In this document: piece by piece, positions 53,037-64,000 of the stretch
Position numbering within the stretch: position 1 is the stretch's first letter
Layout: every line of letters begins with the position of its first letter
Origin: Octopus bimaculoides
Lineage: Eukaryota
Assembly (NCBI RefSeq): GCF_001194135.2
Contig: NC_068992.1
Coordinates: forward strand, 16,694,369 to 16,758,368
Reading direction: 5' to 3'
DNA: 64,000 nucleotides
The notes under the pieces: model-generated
Told to the model about the DNA's origin: nothing
What the model saw: only the letters and a program-made list of their open reading frames with translations
Database searches by the model: none
Position numbers and translations under genes: made by a program

Positions 53037-54769
53037 GCTACTAGAACCATGCTGGATGCTTATTTATTTACTACCAAGAGAGTCCCAATGAAAACTCTGT
53101 AAGGTATGATCATAATATAATACAAAAAATAAATCTAAAAAATAAATGACAAGCCTCGGCAACTTTTAATTTACTTCATTGCTGTGTCTTAAATGTAGAA
53201 TTTAACTATTGAAAAGGTTGCAAGAGGCAACGAAAATTTCAGAAAGATAAATAAGTAAATGAGTGGAAATTTAACAGTGAGTGTGTTAAGTTATAAGGCA
53301 CTAAAAGTGAATGACTCTACCCAGACACAACAGAATATGATTCAGCAGACGAACTCACTTAAAGAATCTTGCAAACCAAATCCCAAAACGAAATGAACGT
53401 AATTGTCCCATCCTCAAACTTAATTAATTTCTCGAAAATAACTTTTTATCCAACGAGGTAAATTCTCATTCCTCCTTCTGTAATTTATTCCTCGCTCTTT
53501 CTTCCGCCCTATCCGTCCTCCTCCTCCCCTCATCTCACTCCCTCTCTGCAAATCACAANNNNNNNNNNNNNNNNNNNNNNNNNNNNNNNNNNNNNNNNNN
53601 NNNNNNNNNNNNNNNNNNNNNNNNNNNNNNNNNNNNNNNNNNNNNNNNNNNNNNNNNNNNNNNNNNNNNNNNNNNNNNNNNNNNNNNNNNNNNNNNNNNN
53701 NNNNNNNNNNNNNNNNNNNNNNNNNNNNNNNNNNNNNNNNNNNNNNNNNNNNNNNNNNNNNNNNNNNNNNNNNNNNNNNNNNNNNNNNNNNNNNNNNNNN
53801 NNNNNNNNNNNNNNNNNNNNNNNNNNNNNNNNNNNNNNNNNNNNNNNNNNNNNNNNNNNNNNNNNNNNNNNNNNNNNNNNNNNNNNNNNNNNNNNNNNNN
53901 NNNNNNNNNNNNNNNNNNNNNNNNNNNNNNNNNNNNNNNNNNNNNNNNNNNNNNNNNNNNNNNNNNNNNNNNNNNNNNNNNNNNNNNNNNNNNNNNNNNN
54001 NNNNNNNNNNNNNNNNNNNNNNNNNNNNNNNNNNNNNNNNNNNNNNNNNNNNNNNNNNNNNNNNNNNNNNNNNNNNNNNNNNNNNNNNNNNNNNNNNNNN
54101 NNNNNNNNNNNNNNNNNNNNNNNNNNNNNNNNNNNNTGGGGATTACTGCAGATGTATACGCCGGGGACATTGTTATTTCATAGCATCCAGTAAATGGATA
54201 CTTTTTAACGAAATATTCTACAAATACTGTCTAAATGTTGTGGCTCGGTGTATATAGGGATTTATAGGAAAACCTTCCCAAAGGAGTGGAGAGGGGAGTT
54301 TCAGAAAATTCACGTGGTTCGACTTTTTTTTACCTCATAACTTTAAGGAAAATGGGTATCTTTTAATGAAAGTTTACACAAATACCCTTCAAACGAAATA
54401 GATTACGATTATAAAGAAATTTGTGGGGAAAATTTCTTTCCTTGGGGTGGAGAGAGGAGTTTCGGTAAGACGGTGTTTCGGATCAGGAAGACCGAATAAG
54501 TTATAACTACTCTGTTCTGACGGGGATTTTCCCCATTTTTTTAAACTTCATCCTTCGAAATGATGGGGTGGGGGCATCTTTGTATGAAAAAAATTTGAAA
54601 CTTTTGTTTTTACAAACCCCCTCCCTCATCATCCCACTCCGTACCTATTCTGGTCATTTTCTTTTTTCACTTCAAAACTATGGAGGTGTCTTTTCCGTAA
54701 AATAATTTTTAAAAATGTTAATATTTTCAGAGGGAAAGGTGAGTGATTTGAGGGAGATTTGGCTGTTGT

Positions 54770-56125
54770 TTCTAGCACATACCAAGACAACGTTCCTTTT
54801 GTGGAGTGTTACTTCCAGAATGATTGAAGAATGTTACTACCGGAGCACACCATGGGGATGAGAATGGTGTGCCTGTCAGAGGGTACAATGAACGAATGCA
54901 CAGTGCATAGAAGGCAATTGAGCTGTTTGAAATTACTGAAGAGAGATTACGTGACCAAGCAAGAGCAATATGAAAGAAAGGATAATTAACAAAATTGGAG
55001 CTAGAAGCTATTAAGAGAAGGCTATCGAGTGAGGTTTGGCATGCGAGAAATGAAAGTGATATAGTGGAAGAGATGGACAATTGTTCACAAGAATATACTA
55101 CCGTGAATTGTGAAAGAATTGAGATCAGTGACTACTCAAACAATGAAGATCGATTAATAATAGACATGATTTTGTATCTATTAAATACAGAAGGGACAGA
55201 ATTTATATGCGACTTTAAGTAGGCTAACGAATGGAGGCTAAATCTAGAGACAAGTAAAGTCAATAATTTCTTGAGACACATTGAAACAAAGGACATCACA
55301 CAAACACATAATCTTATCAAGGCTGCTAGTAGGATTGTGGCAGAAAGGATGGAATTGAGAACTACTGAAAACAGAACAGCGACGGATAGAAGAGGAAATA
55401 AACAACCTTGGTGGAAAGGGAGAATTTCAGAAGATATAAACTCATTGAACAAACAGCTTAGTGGCAATACTTGTCAGGATAAGAAATGGAGAACTTAAGA
55501 ATAAATGGAAATTCGAAAAAGTTAGGAAGAAGTGTGATGTAGATATAAAAGGCTTAACATTATAATTGAAGAATTGAAGCAGCAGATACTTGCACAAAAA
55601 GCAAAGCCAACTAGGGGATAGAATTACCAAATAGAGATTGATTAAGCAATTTGAAACGGAAGGATACAAATACCTTGGTTTACTAACGTTCAACGAGATA
55701 ATGGAAAAGGAAATGAAAGAGCAACTGAGGGTGGCGTATTTCGGAAGACTAAGGTTGGTATTGCGCTCAATATTGACTGCATAGAATAAAATCCAAGGAG
55801 TTGATACGTAGGCGATAGTATCACTACGGTATGGACGGGAATTTTAAAATGGCAAAAGAGAGAAATGAAGAAAATGAATACCAAGACAAGAAAAATTTGA
55901 CAGCACACTGAGCCTTCCACACTAAGAGTGACAGCAATAGGCTATACTTGTCCAGAAGAAAGGGTGGAAGAGGTTTGATCAGTTGCCAGGACTATATCGA
56001 AGCAGAGTAAAACGGCTTAGCATGGTATATATATTAGCATGGTATATATATTAGCATGGTATATATATTAGCATGGTATATATATTGTTGAAACATAGAA
56101 AGAAGACCGGCGTCATCAAAACTGA
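54770..56125 (+). mobile_element. R4/Dong-type LINE with a large internal deletion
   Basis: N-terminal region KDITQTHNLIKAASRIVAERM..KQPWWKGRI..IEELKQQILA is joined directly to GIELPN/IKQFETEGYKYLG..EMKEQLRVAYFGRLRLVLRS and the thumb region (LHP.SD.DRLY..RK.GGRGL-like). Confidence 0.85.
56017..56084 (+). repeat. Perfect 17-bp minisatellite x4 (ttagcatggtatatata)
   Basis: Four exact copies starting at 56017, 56034, 56051 and 56068. Confidence 0.95.
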
Positions 56126-57353
56126 AAATTGTGCAATGAATTTCTCACTTGTAGGAATTAGCAGTGATATATTGATAGAAATGCTAAGTTGATTGAGAAT
56201 GAAGAGTACACCAAATTGATTGAGGAAGAGAGTACAGAAATTTTGGTGAACGCATTAATAACAATTGTTGATAAATGCATCGCATATCTTCTGCATTCGG
56301 TTACAAAAAAAAAAAACATGAGACGTGTAATCTTCTGTATCAAAGTGTTATGTGTATTTGTTCTGTGCACTATTTTTTCGTCTCTGTTATGGTTTTGCTC
56401 CGCCCAAATAATCAAACACGCTACAACTAAGTTTTACTCCTCTCAAAATAAAAATTCGATTTATTAAATTTTGAAAGACTGGAAATTATTCTTTTCATGA
56501 AACAGTTACATAATTTAGAAATTATACGGTATCAGTTTTCCATATTTCTGGATGGTTAATTTTAACTCGGTTACGCTCCAGATGTTGAATCTCTAGTGAC
56601 AGGAGAATTACAGAAAGGCCAACCATGGATGCGTATAAGAGCCTCCTTCAAAGTCTGAACAAGAAGATATGAACTGACGTTAGAGACAGTTCAATGGCTG
56701 GCAGCTATGTATGCTGTGACATGACCCGTGCTTCTACAATCATCCCTATCATTATATTCATTGAATGATTAGGATATTTGGAAGCGATAAGAAAAAGGCC
56801 TGAAAAATGTGTCCAACAGTTGAAGATGATTGTGAACTCTATGATCGACGTAGATATGATATTACATTTCTTCAAATGCAGACTAACATTATGAATTATA
56901 CATGACTGCTGGCGCTTAAGCAAATATTTAGAAATTTTATTGTGTATTTATAGGGAATTTTATGCGTTTTCATGTTTATATATTTGCTAAGATATTTTCC
57001 TCATTTCTGTATTTTGTATGACTAACACACATTAATATACATGGATATAAGACTGTTGATGCCAAGATAGTGCTTATCATCTTGCGATAGATCTGTTTGA
57101 AACATATTTCTTGTTAAACAAACTTAATATACTAGAAACTACATAATCTATACTGTACACATATCAAAATATACGTACCAGTTTGGATTCGTGATTTTGA
57201 AAATATGAACCCGATCGTCAACAGAGAAAGGGACGTCCTATGGTAACAATTATTTATTTTATTGAAGGAGAGTTTTAGCTGTCATTCATGAGAGAAGCGG
57301 AATATATCACAATATGCTGACAAAAGCTTTTTGTTTTTTGTTTTTTTTAAATA

Positions 57354-57578
57354 CAGTAATCCCTCGCCATATCGCGGTACACTTATCGCGGTTTATTATT
57401 ATTTAAGCTTACGTCGATTCCTCTGTGGTGTTGTTTTGCATTTAGAATAAAATAAAAATTTACAAATTGTAAAATTAATTAAAATATATATATAGTACAA
57501 TACTGTTTCTGCTTCGCGGATTTTCACGTATCGTGGGAGGTTTGAAAGGTAACACACGTGATAGTCCGGGGATTACTG
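57354..57578. mobile_element. pogo/Tigger-like MITE (225 bp)
   Basis: TIRs CAGTAATCCCTCG and CCGGGGATTACTG, TA target-site duplication on both sides, AT-rich non-coding interior. Confidence 0.85.
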
Positions 57579-58964
57579 TATTCACATTCTAAATATTTTT
57601 TGCTAATTAAATATGAATGAAATAACGTTAAAAATATTAAATTTCGATAATGATTGGAACGAAATTAAGGTACATCTTGCGATATATATAGTGTATTACC
57701 CTAATAAAATAAGAATGATGACGTATTTGCTGTAACATTAACAACCTCTATTTTAAGAGCATCATTATGATAATATCATTCGTTTAAGATAGAACATTCT
57801 CTGTATTACAAGATCTCACTTTCACATTTTTCTCAAGAAAGTTGATAACTTTTAATGTTACTACGTTTACATGAATTCTCCGAGAGACAAAGTCAGTATG
57901 CATGTATTACATATATTTTGCATGAGGTTGTTTGATTTATTGCGTTTCAAATTTTTACGAATAAATGTTTATTAGAGAAGTGTGCTCATACTAACTCTCT
58001 TCCTCTATCAAACATTGTGTATGTAGTAGACACGGACGGTTGACACCGCGAAATCTGGGTCTTACTCGGTGATTTATTTTAACATCTGTATAAATTATGA
58101 ATATTTTTCGTATGAAAGTGCGATTCTATCATGTTTCCATATTTGATCCAATATATGCTGATACATAACCACACTGCATCAAAACACACGCTAACAACTT
58201 ATGAGAAATCTATGTTGCTAGCAAGACGTTTAATTAGCCCAATTATTCTATTAATATTCAGTTTAACTATCAAGAAATTTGCTATATTTTAAGAGAAATT
58301 TCTTTAAAGGTTATTTCTATCGTCCTTAATGTCAGCGAATCAATAACAAAACGAAGCCGTCATTTAAGAGGCAAACTGGAATATACTTCCAATAACTGAA
58401 TACAGATCGCATATATTTACAATGGAATCTCGATCGTTCGCTGGGAATTATTGATACGATCAATTTGAACATATCGGTGACAATATTAAGCATCATGGGA
58501 TTTCCTATCATCCAGAAATGTGATATCACTTAATATTATTCCTAGCATAAAAATCGTGACCATAACATGACACAATGTATAATATAACCGTAGCGTGATT
58601 TTATATTTCTTCCCATAACCTGTCTGTTCTGTTTGCATGAACTCTATGGATTGTTCATTTGCATTTAATGCAGGAGCTACTCGATTTAAGGGGACACTGA
58701 ATCATGCATTTAAAATATACAAAACTGTATCGATGGATCGCGTTGTTTGAAGCGATTTCCGAATATTTACAAATCCCTTTTGCATTCTCCTGACCTGTAC
58801 GTGTGGAGCCAACTCTTGTTTACATGCTTAGGCTTTTATGTAAATATGAGATTACTTATTTTTTTCTATGTTCAGAATTCTAGACGTATCTTTAGGGAAT
58901 TTCTCTTAAAATGTAGAAAGATTCTTCTTATCTAAATTGAATGGTAATATAGTAATTGAGCTAA

Positions 58965-59180
58965 GGCAGCGAGGTGGTAGAATCATTAGCACGCCGGGAA
59001 AAATGCTTCGTGGCATTTCGTCCTTCTCTACTTTGTGAGTTCTAATACTGCCGAGGTCGATGTTTGCCTTTCATCCTTTTGGGGTCGATGAAACAATTAC
59101 CAGTTGATTACTGGGCTCGATTTAATCATCGACGTACACCTTCCCCCGAATTTGTTTTCCTTACGTAAAATTCGAAACCA
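58965..59180 (+). mobile_element. Second SINE family copy
   Basis: ggcagcgaggtggtagaatcattagcacgccgggaaaaatgctt...gccgaggtcgatgtttgcctttcatccttttggggtcgat, the reverse complement of the 21365 and 35385 copies. Confidence 0.8.
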
Positions 59181-60786
59181 ACATAATAATTGAGCCAATT
59201 CGATGTTTTGCCAGGGACATACTTTTCTCATTATACGTTGTTAGCGTGTGTTTTGACGTAATTTGGTTGTGTATCAATATATGTTAAATTAAATACGGAA
59301 ACATGTTAGAGTCACACATTCATACGGATGAACATATATCCATAATTTATACGGATGTTAAAATAAATAACAGAATGAGAATCTAGTCTTTGAGGTGTCC
59401 ATGAATTATATTCAAAATGTTGAATAGAGAAAGCTTTATTATTATTACAAAGACATCTCCTATTTCATCAATTAGTATCGGTAACAACTACTGTATTACC
59501 TTAACAACATAGTTTATTTTTTATTTCCTTACATACATATTTACAGAATTGCAGCTACAGAATGCAAATATTAAAAGAAATGAAAGCAAACATTTCCCAC
59601 TGACTGGCATTTTCTGACGCTGAATTTTACACCTGAAAAATTTCTGAGTCCTTATGTTTAAAAATATATAAACTTGTCCAACGTTATTATTGCTTATACT
59701 GTATTGTCACATTGTTGATTTTGTTTACAAGGCACGCCATCTTTATTTACTACATATATATATGTTTGATCTTATATATCTACCAAATATTAGTTCACTT
59801 AATCTTTTCATGTAGCCTAAGTTTTCATACCCATTTTCATGTTTACTTCTCCTGCAAATTAATTCACTTATCTAGATCTTTTTCTTAACTTCCCAACATG
59901 TTTGAAATAATCCTTTCATCTCCGAGTCGTCTGATTCATCTATTAGCTGATTAGCTATTTGTTTTCTGTGAAGTTTCATAAACATTCAGTTTTCTTTTTC
60001 TAATTTAGCCTCAGCATATACCGCTCTACATATGAATATTCTATAGTGTAGTCATTTGAAGTGAGAAACACATTCGAGAGCATCTCAAGTAGCAGTATTG
60101 TAATGCAACGTTGACTTCCAGTTGAAGCTAGTTCATTGCGATTCATAAAATAAAAGCCATAGCTTGAAATTTCAAACTCATCACACTCATCTTCACTCTC
60201 CAAACGAAGAAACTTTGCCAGTACGCATAACAGTTTTAATATGCTGTTAAATCCTTGCCTAATTGATTATGAAATTTTGAGGATTTAGTGATTCACTCTC
60301 TACTCTTGAATCATACCGTTACTCTGAATACTGTAACGTCAGTGAAGAAATCTCTGCTTGCTCAAATTAATTAACTCACTGTTCCATCTACTAATTAGTA
60401 GAGTTGTTAGGATGTCGCATAGATAGCCTTGTCGTATTTCTTTCACATCCCAACGCTTGGTAATCAAATCCTGCCATGACCAACTTTGCTTTTCATTTCT
60501 CAGTATAAATAAACACCTGTCAATTGGTCCTACTTTTTTTTAGATTGAAAAATATAAGAGAAACTCGTACNNNNNNNNNNNNNNNNNNNNNNNNNNNNNN
60601 NNNNNNNNNNNNNNNNNNNNNNNNNNNNNNNNNNNNNNNNNNNNNNNNNNNNNNNNNNNNNNNNNNNNNNNNNNNNNNNNNNNNNNNNNNNNNNNNNNNN
60701 NNNNNNNNNNNNNNNNNNNNNNNNNNNNNNNNNNNNNNNNNNNNNNNNNNNNNNNNNNNNNNNNNNNNNNNNNNNNNNNNNNNNNN

Positions 60787-60827
<41 letters not shown>

Positions 60828-61039
60828 ACAACACACAGGCTTCCATGCAGTTTCTGACATCAAATTCACTCACAAAAATTAATTAGACCGCGGTTGTAGT
60901 AGGAGTCACTTGCTCCAAGTGATGCGTCAAAAGTTACATGGTTGCAGACCAACCAGTCATTTAGTCAGATAATTTTACTTTCACCTGCTCAAAGATGATT
61001 TGAATGCTATGTTTCCAGATACATTTGTTTACTAAGCAT

Positions 61040-61240
61040 TATATTGGTTTCAAATGTTGGCACAACGCCAGCAATTCTGGGGTAATCTACTCCAGTTCTA
61101 AGCTGCTACATATTTTATGGACCTTGAAATGATGGAAAGCAATGTCAGTCTCGATAGAATCTGAACTCAAAATGTAAAGGGGGACGAAATACCGCTAAGC
61201 ATTTTGCCCAAAGTGCTAACGATTTTGCTAGCTCGCCACT
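61040..61240 (-). mobile_element. Second SINE family copy (diverged)
   Basis: ttggtttcaaatgttggcacaacgccagc...aaataccgctaagcattttgcccaaagtgctaacgatt. Confidence 0.7.
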
Positions 61241-62249
61241 TTTGCCAAGCATTACATTAGCAGTACGTTCACAGTCCCAGGCAAAATATAAGTTTGTAAC
61301 TATTGACAGATTCATCATTGCATTGAGAGTCCAAAAGTCTAGTGACTTGATATGGTGACTACGCGCTGTCATCAGCAGGATAGACTACCACATTATCGTT
61401 TGATAAGTTGACGCATTGTTGGCAACGGCGTCTACAGAATCCACCATAACATAACTCAGACGAAACAATGGAGGAAGTAGAAAAGATATTTGAGTTGTGT
61501 TATGGACGAAAACTTTGCTTATCTAAAAAGATATTTATATACTTATATTTAGGCTGTCAAGATCTTATTAAATCGAAGCCATTTCCACAATAATTCTTTT
61601 CTAAGGTCAGTCAACCTTTCTAATAAACAATGATGGATTATCAATCAGAATCATGCGAGACGTGATCGAATAGAGTGAATGATTGGCAAGTATCTCCAAT
61701 ACAGGCATTACATTAGGTTACACCAGATCTCACATATTCAATTAAGACTATGTATGTCAATTCATAAGGCTCATATAACCGTAAAGCTGTGTGAGATGGG
61801 GCAAATTCACGTCCATATTCGGAGACATTAGACTAATCGAATTTCCCATGTCCATACACGCGAAGTTATGCATAGACACGCACATAAACATTGAGGTAAA
61901 TAAACATATATACATACATATATATATATATANNNNNNNNNNNNNNNNNNNNNNNNNNNNNNNNNNNNNNNNNNNNNNNNNNNNNNNNNNNNNNNNNNNN
62001 NNNNNNNNNNNNNNNNNNNNNNNNNNNNNNNNNNNNNNNNNNNNNNNNNNNNNNNNNNNNNNNNNNNNNNNNNNNNNNNNNNNNNNNNNNNNNNNNNNNN
62101 NNNNNNNNNNNNNNNNNNNNNNNNNNNNNNNNNNNNNNNNNNNNNNNNNNNNNNNNNNNNNNNNNNNNATATACATATATATATATGAATATACATATAT
62201 ACATGTGTGTGTATATCTATTCACATTATATAGTTATATAGACTGATAC

Positions 62250-62363
62250 ATAGATAGATACATAGATAGATACATAGATAAATAGATAGATACATAGATA
62301 GATATATACATACTTAGGCAGGCAGACAGACAGACAGGCAGACAGACAGACAGACAGACAGAC

Positions 62364-62401
<38 letters not shown>

Positions 62402-62410
62402 GTATAGATA
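62250..62410 (+). repeat. Compound (ATAG)n/(CAGA)n tetranucleotide repeat
   Basis: Directly visible. Confidence 0.9.
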
Positions 62411-62974
62411 TATATGTACGTATGCGTATACATGTAGCTATATGTAGAAGTATTTATACATGTGCTTATACATGTAGCTATATATAGCTGTATAATACAC
62501 ATAAAGTATGTGATGCGTGTGTGTGTGTGCGTGTGTGTGTGTGCGTGTGTGTGTGCGTGCGTGTGTGCGCATGCGTGTTTGTGTGTGTACACGCACATAT
62601 CAATGAAGAGAGAGTGGGAAAAGAGTGCTGAAGATAAACCACATATAGGGAAGTTACATAATAAAAAAGGTTTGTCGATGAACGAAGAGTAAATTATGTA
62701 TTGATTCGTGAATGGAGTGATTAATAGATTCCGATAGGAATGGTATTTATAGTTATTTATGTACAGAGAATAGATGTGTAGTTAATATTGATGGTAGGAC
62801 ATTTTTAAAAGGAGAAAGAGATAAAATGCTATTTATATAGCAATCTATCAACAGATAATCATACACATATCATATATCCTTCATACACACACACACACAC
62901 ACACATACGTGGATAAATATATGTAGACGTGCATATAAACTTACTTGCAAGGATATATATATNNNNNNNNNNGT

Positions 62975-64000
62975 CTCCAGTTCTTGTAGTGATGACGGTT
63001 TTTCTCAATATTATGCACCATAAATGTTCAATAATATTGAGATCTGGGTACTGTGGTAGTCAAATAATATGTTCAACTTCACTAGAATGTTCCTCGTGCT
63101 ATTCAGGAACAACTTCAGCTGTGTAAATTGGTGCATTATCATCGTGAAACATTGCGCTTACCTCCGGAAACAGTTCCGCAACCATAGGATGAAGTTGATC
63201 ACATAATATGCTTAAATAGTCTTGAGTATTAATTTTGCCATGAAGGGAAACCATTGAACCAGCAGATTTCCAAGATACACGTCCCACTCAGTTCATCACA
63301 GAATCTCTCTATCTTTAACAGTTAGAAGAAGGCAGTCTGGGTCAAATGTTTCTTTTGGCTGTCTCCGCACGTATACTCGGCCGGTGGTCGGAAGTAAGAT
63401 AAAGGATGACTCGTGCAAGAAAATAACACACTTCCATTGTTATAGGGACTAATTCTGTAGGTTTTTACTCCAGTCTAAACGCTGTGCAACGTTTGTTTTT
63501 GAAAGTAGTGGTTTTCTGTTTGCAGCCCTCCCGTGAAATCCGGCTTTGAGCAGCTCCCAGCGAACACTTTTTGTGGAAACTGAGCTCTTGAGGTGGTCCT
63601 TAAACTCTGCTATAATTCTGGGAGCTGTACTTTTGTGAACCTTTCTAACAATTCACGAAATATTCCGACGGTCCCTATCTGGAAATTTTGGTTTTCATCC
63701 GGAGTTTTGTTTCGACGAGGAGGCTTTTCCCTCTTTCTCAAAGGCTGTCATTACTTTCGAGACAGTATTTCATGATACACCAAATATCTCGGCTGTTTTT
63801 GTTACGCTAGTGCCTGCCATATGAGTACCAACAATTTGAACTCTTTGAAAGTCCGATAGATCTGTCATTTTAATGAATTTTAATCACTTTTTTCTGATGA
63901 CATCAGAAAAAACAACAATTTTAGCAAAACATAATAAATAACACTAAAAATAAATTAAAAAAACAGAAATAAACAAGCTTTTGACAATTTTATAGATATT
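62975..64000 (-). mobile_element. Decayed Tc1-family transposon; transposase ATG at 63868
   Basis: MTDLSDFQRVQIVGTHMAGTSVTKTAEIFGVS*NTVSKV (paired-type HTH), RWELLKAGFHGRAANRKPLLS, VIFLHESSF, MFHDDNAPIYTA and PQYPDLNIIEHLW. Contains stops; the 3' end runs into a gap. Confidence 0.9.

Noticed and set aside
56017-56084. CRISPR-like array
   Set aside because: The repeats are directly adjacent with no spacers, in a eukaryotic context.
59500-59523. Apparent upstream kinase exon end ..INYVVK|gtaata, which would fit before VADFG
   Set aside because: An in-frame TAA lies seven codons upstream and no AG acceptor falls in between.
59530-59610. Signal-peptide-like ORF MPVSGKCLLSFLLIFAFCSCNS on the minus strand
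   Set aside because: Short, T-rich sequence readily gives hydrophobic peptides, and no downstream exon could be linked.

Overview
AT-rich, microsatellite-dense eukaryotic DNA with many N-gaps, almost all flanked by (TA)n/(CA)n. The SINE, LINE and microsatellite content suggests a cephalopod (Octopus-like) short-read assembly; this is inference. The only host gene I can support is the 3' part of a minus-strand protein kinase, with four GT-AG exons whose phases join cleanly: 52806-52737, 51788-51601, 37934-37806 and 33180-33070. They splice to VADFGITKLLQPLREECNKEDCACQKHLSACAPSVRWTAPEVLRNPRAREEDRCFSTASDVYSFGVFMWELLYNKDPFYEIDNEEKVLISILKNVRPGLKESVDYQPEYKELFQYCWNQDPQKRPKFKEVVAKCKDILNHSRNYQKSIRRRHESLRESTTSSECI*. 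This is a TK/TKL-type C-lobe with an unusual Tyr-free, Cys/His-rich activation segment. I could not find the N-lobe or catalytic-loop exons; they may lie in gaps or beyond 64000. The rest is decayed transposons (Penelope-like, R4/Dong-type RLE LINEs, RTE LINEs, a Gypsy integrase tail, mariner, Tc1, a pogo/Tigger-like MITE, tRNA-derived SINEs), simple repeats and several inverted-repeat structures. Nearly all ORFs in the supplied track are artefacts of gaps or microsatellites. No rRNA, tRNA gene or CRISPR array was seen.
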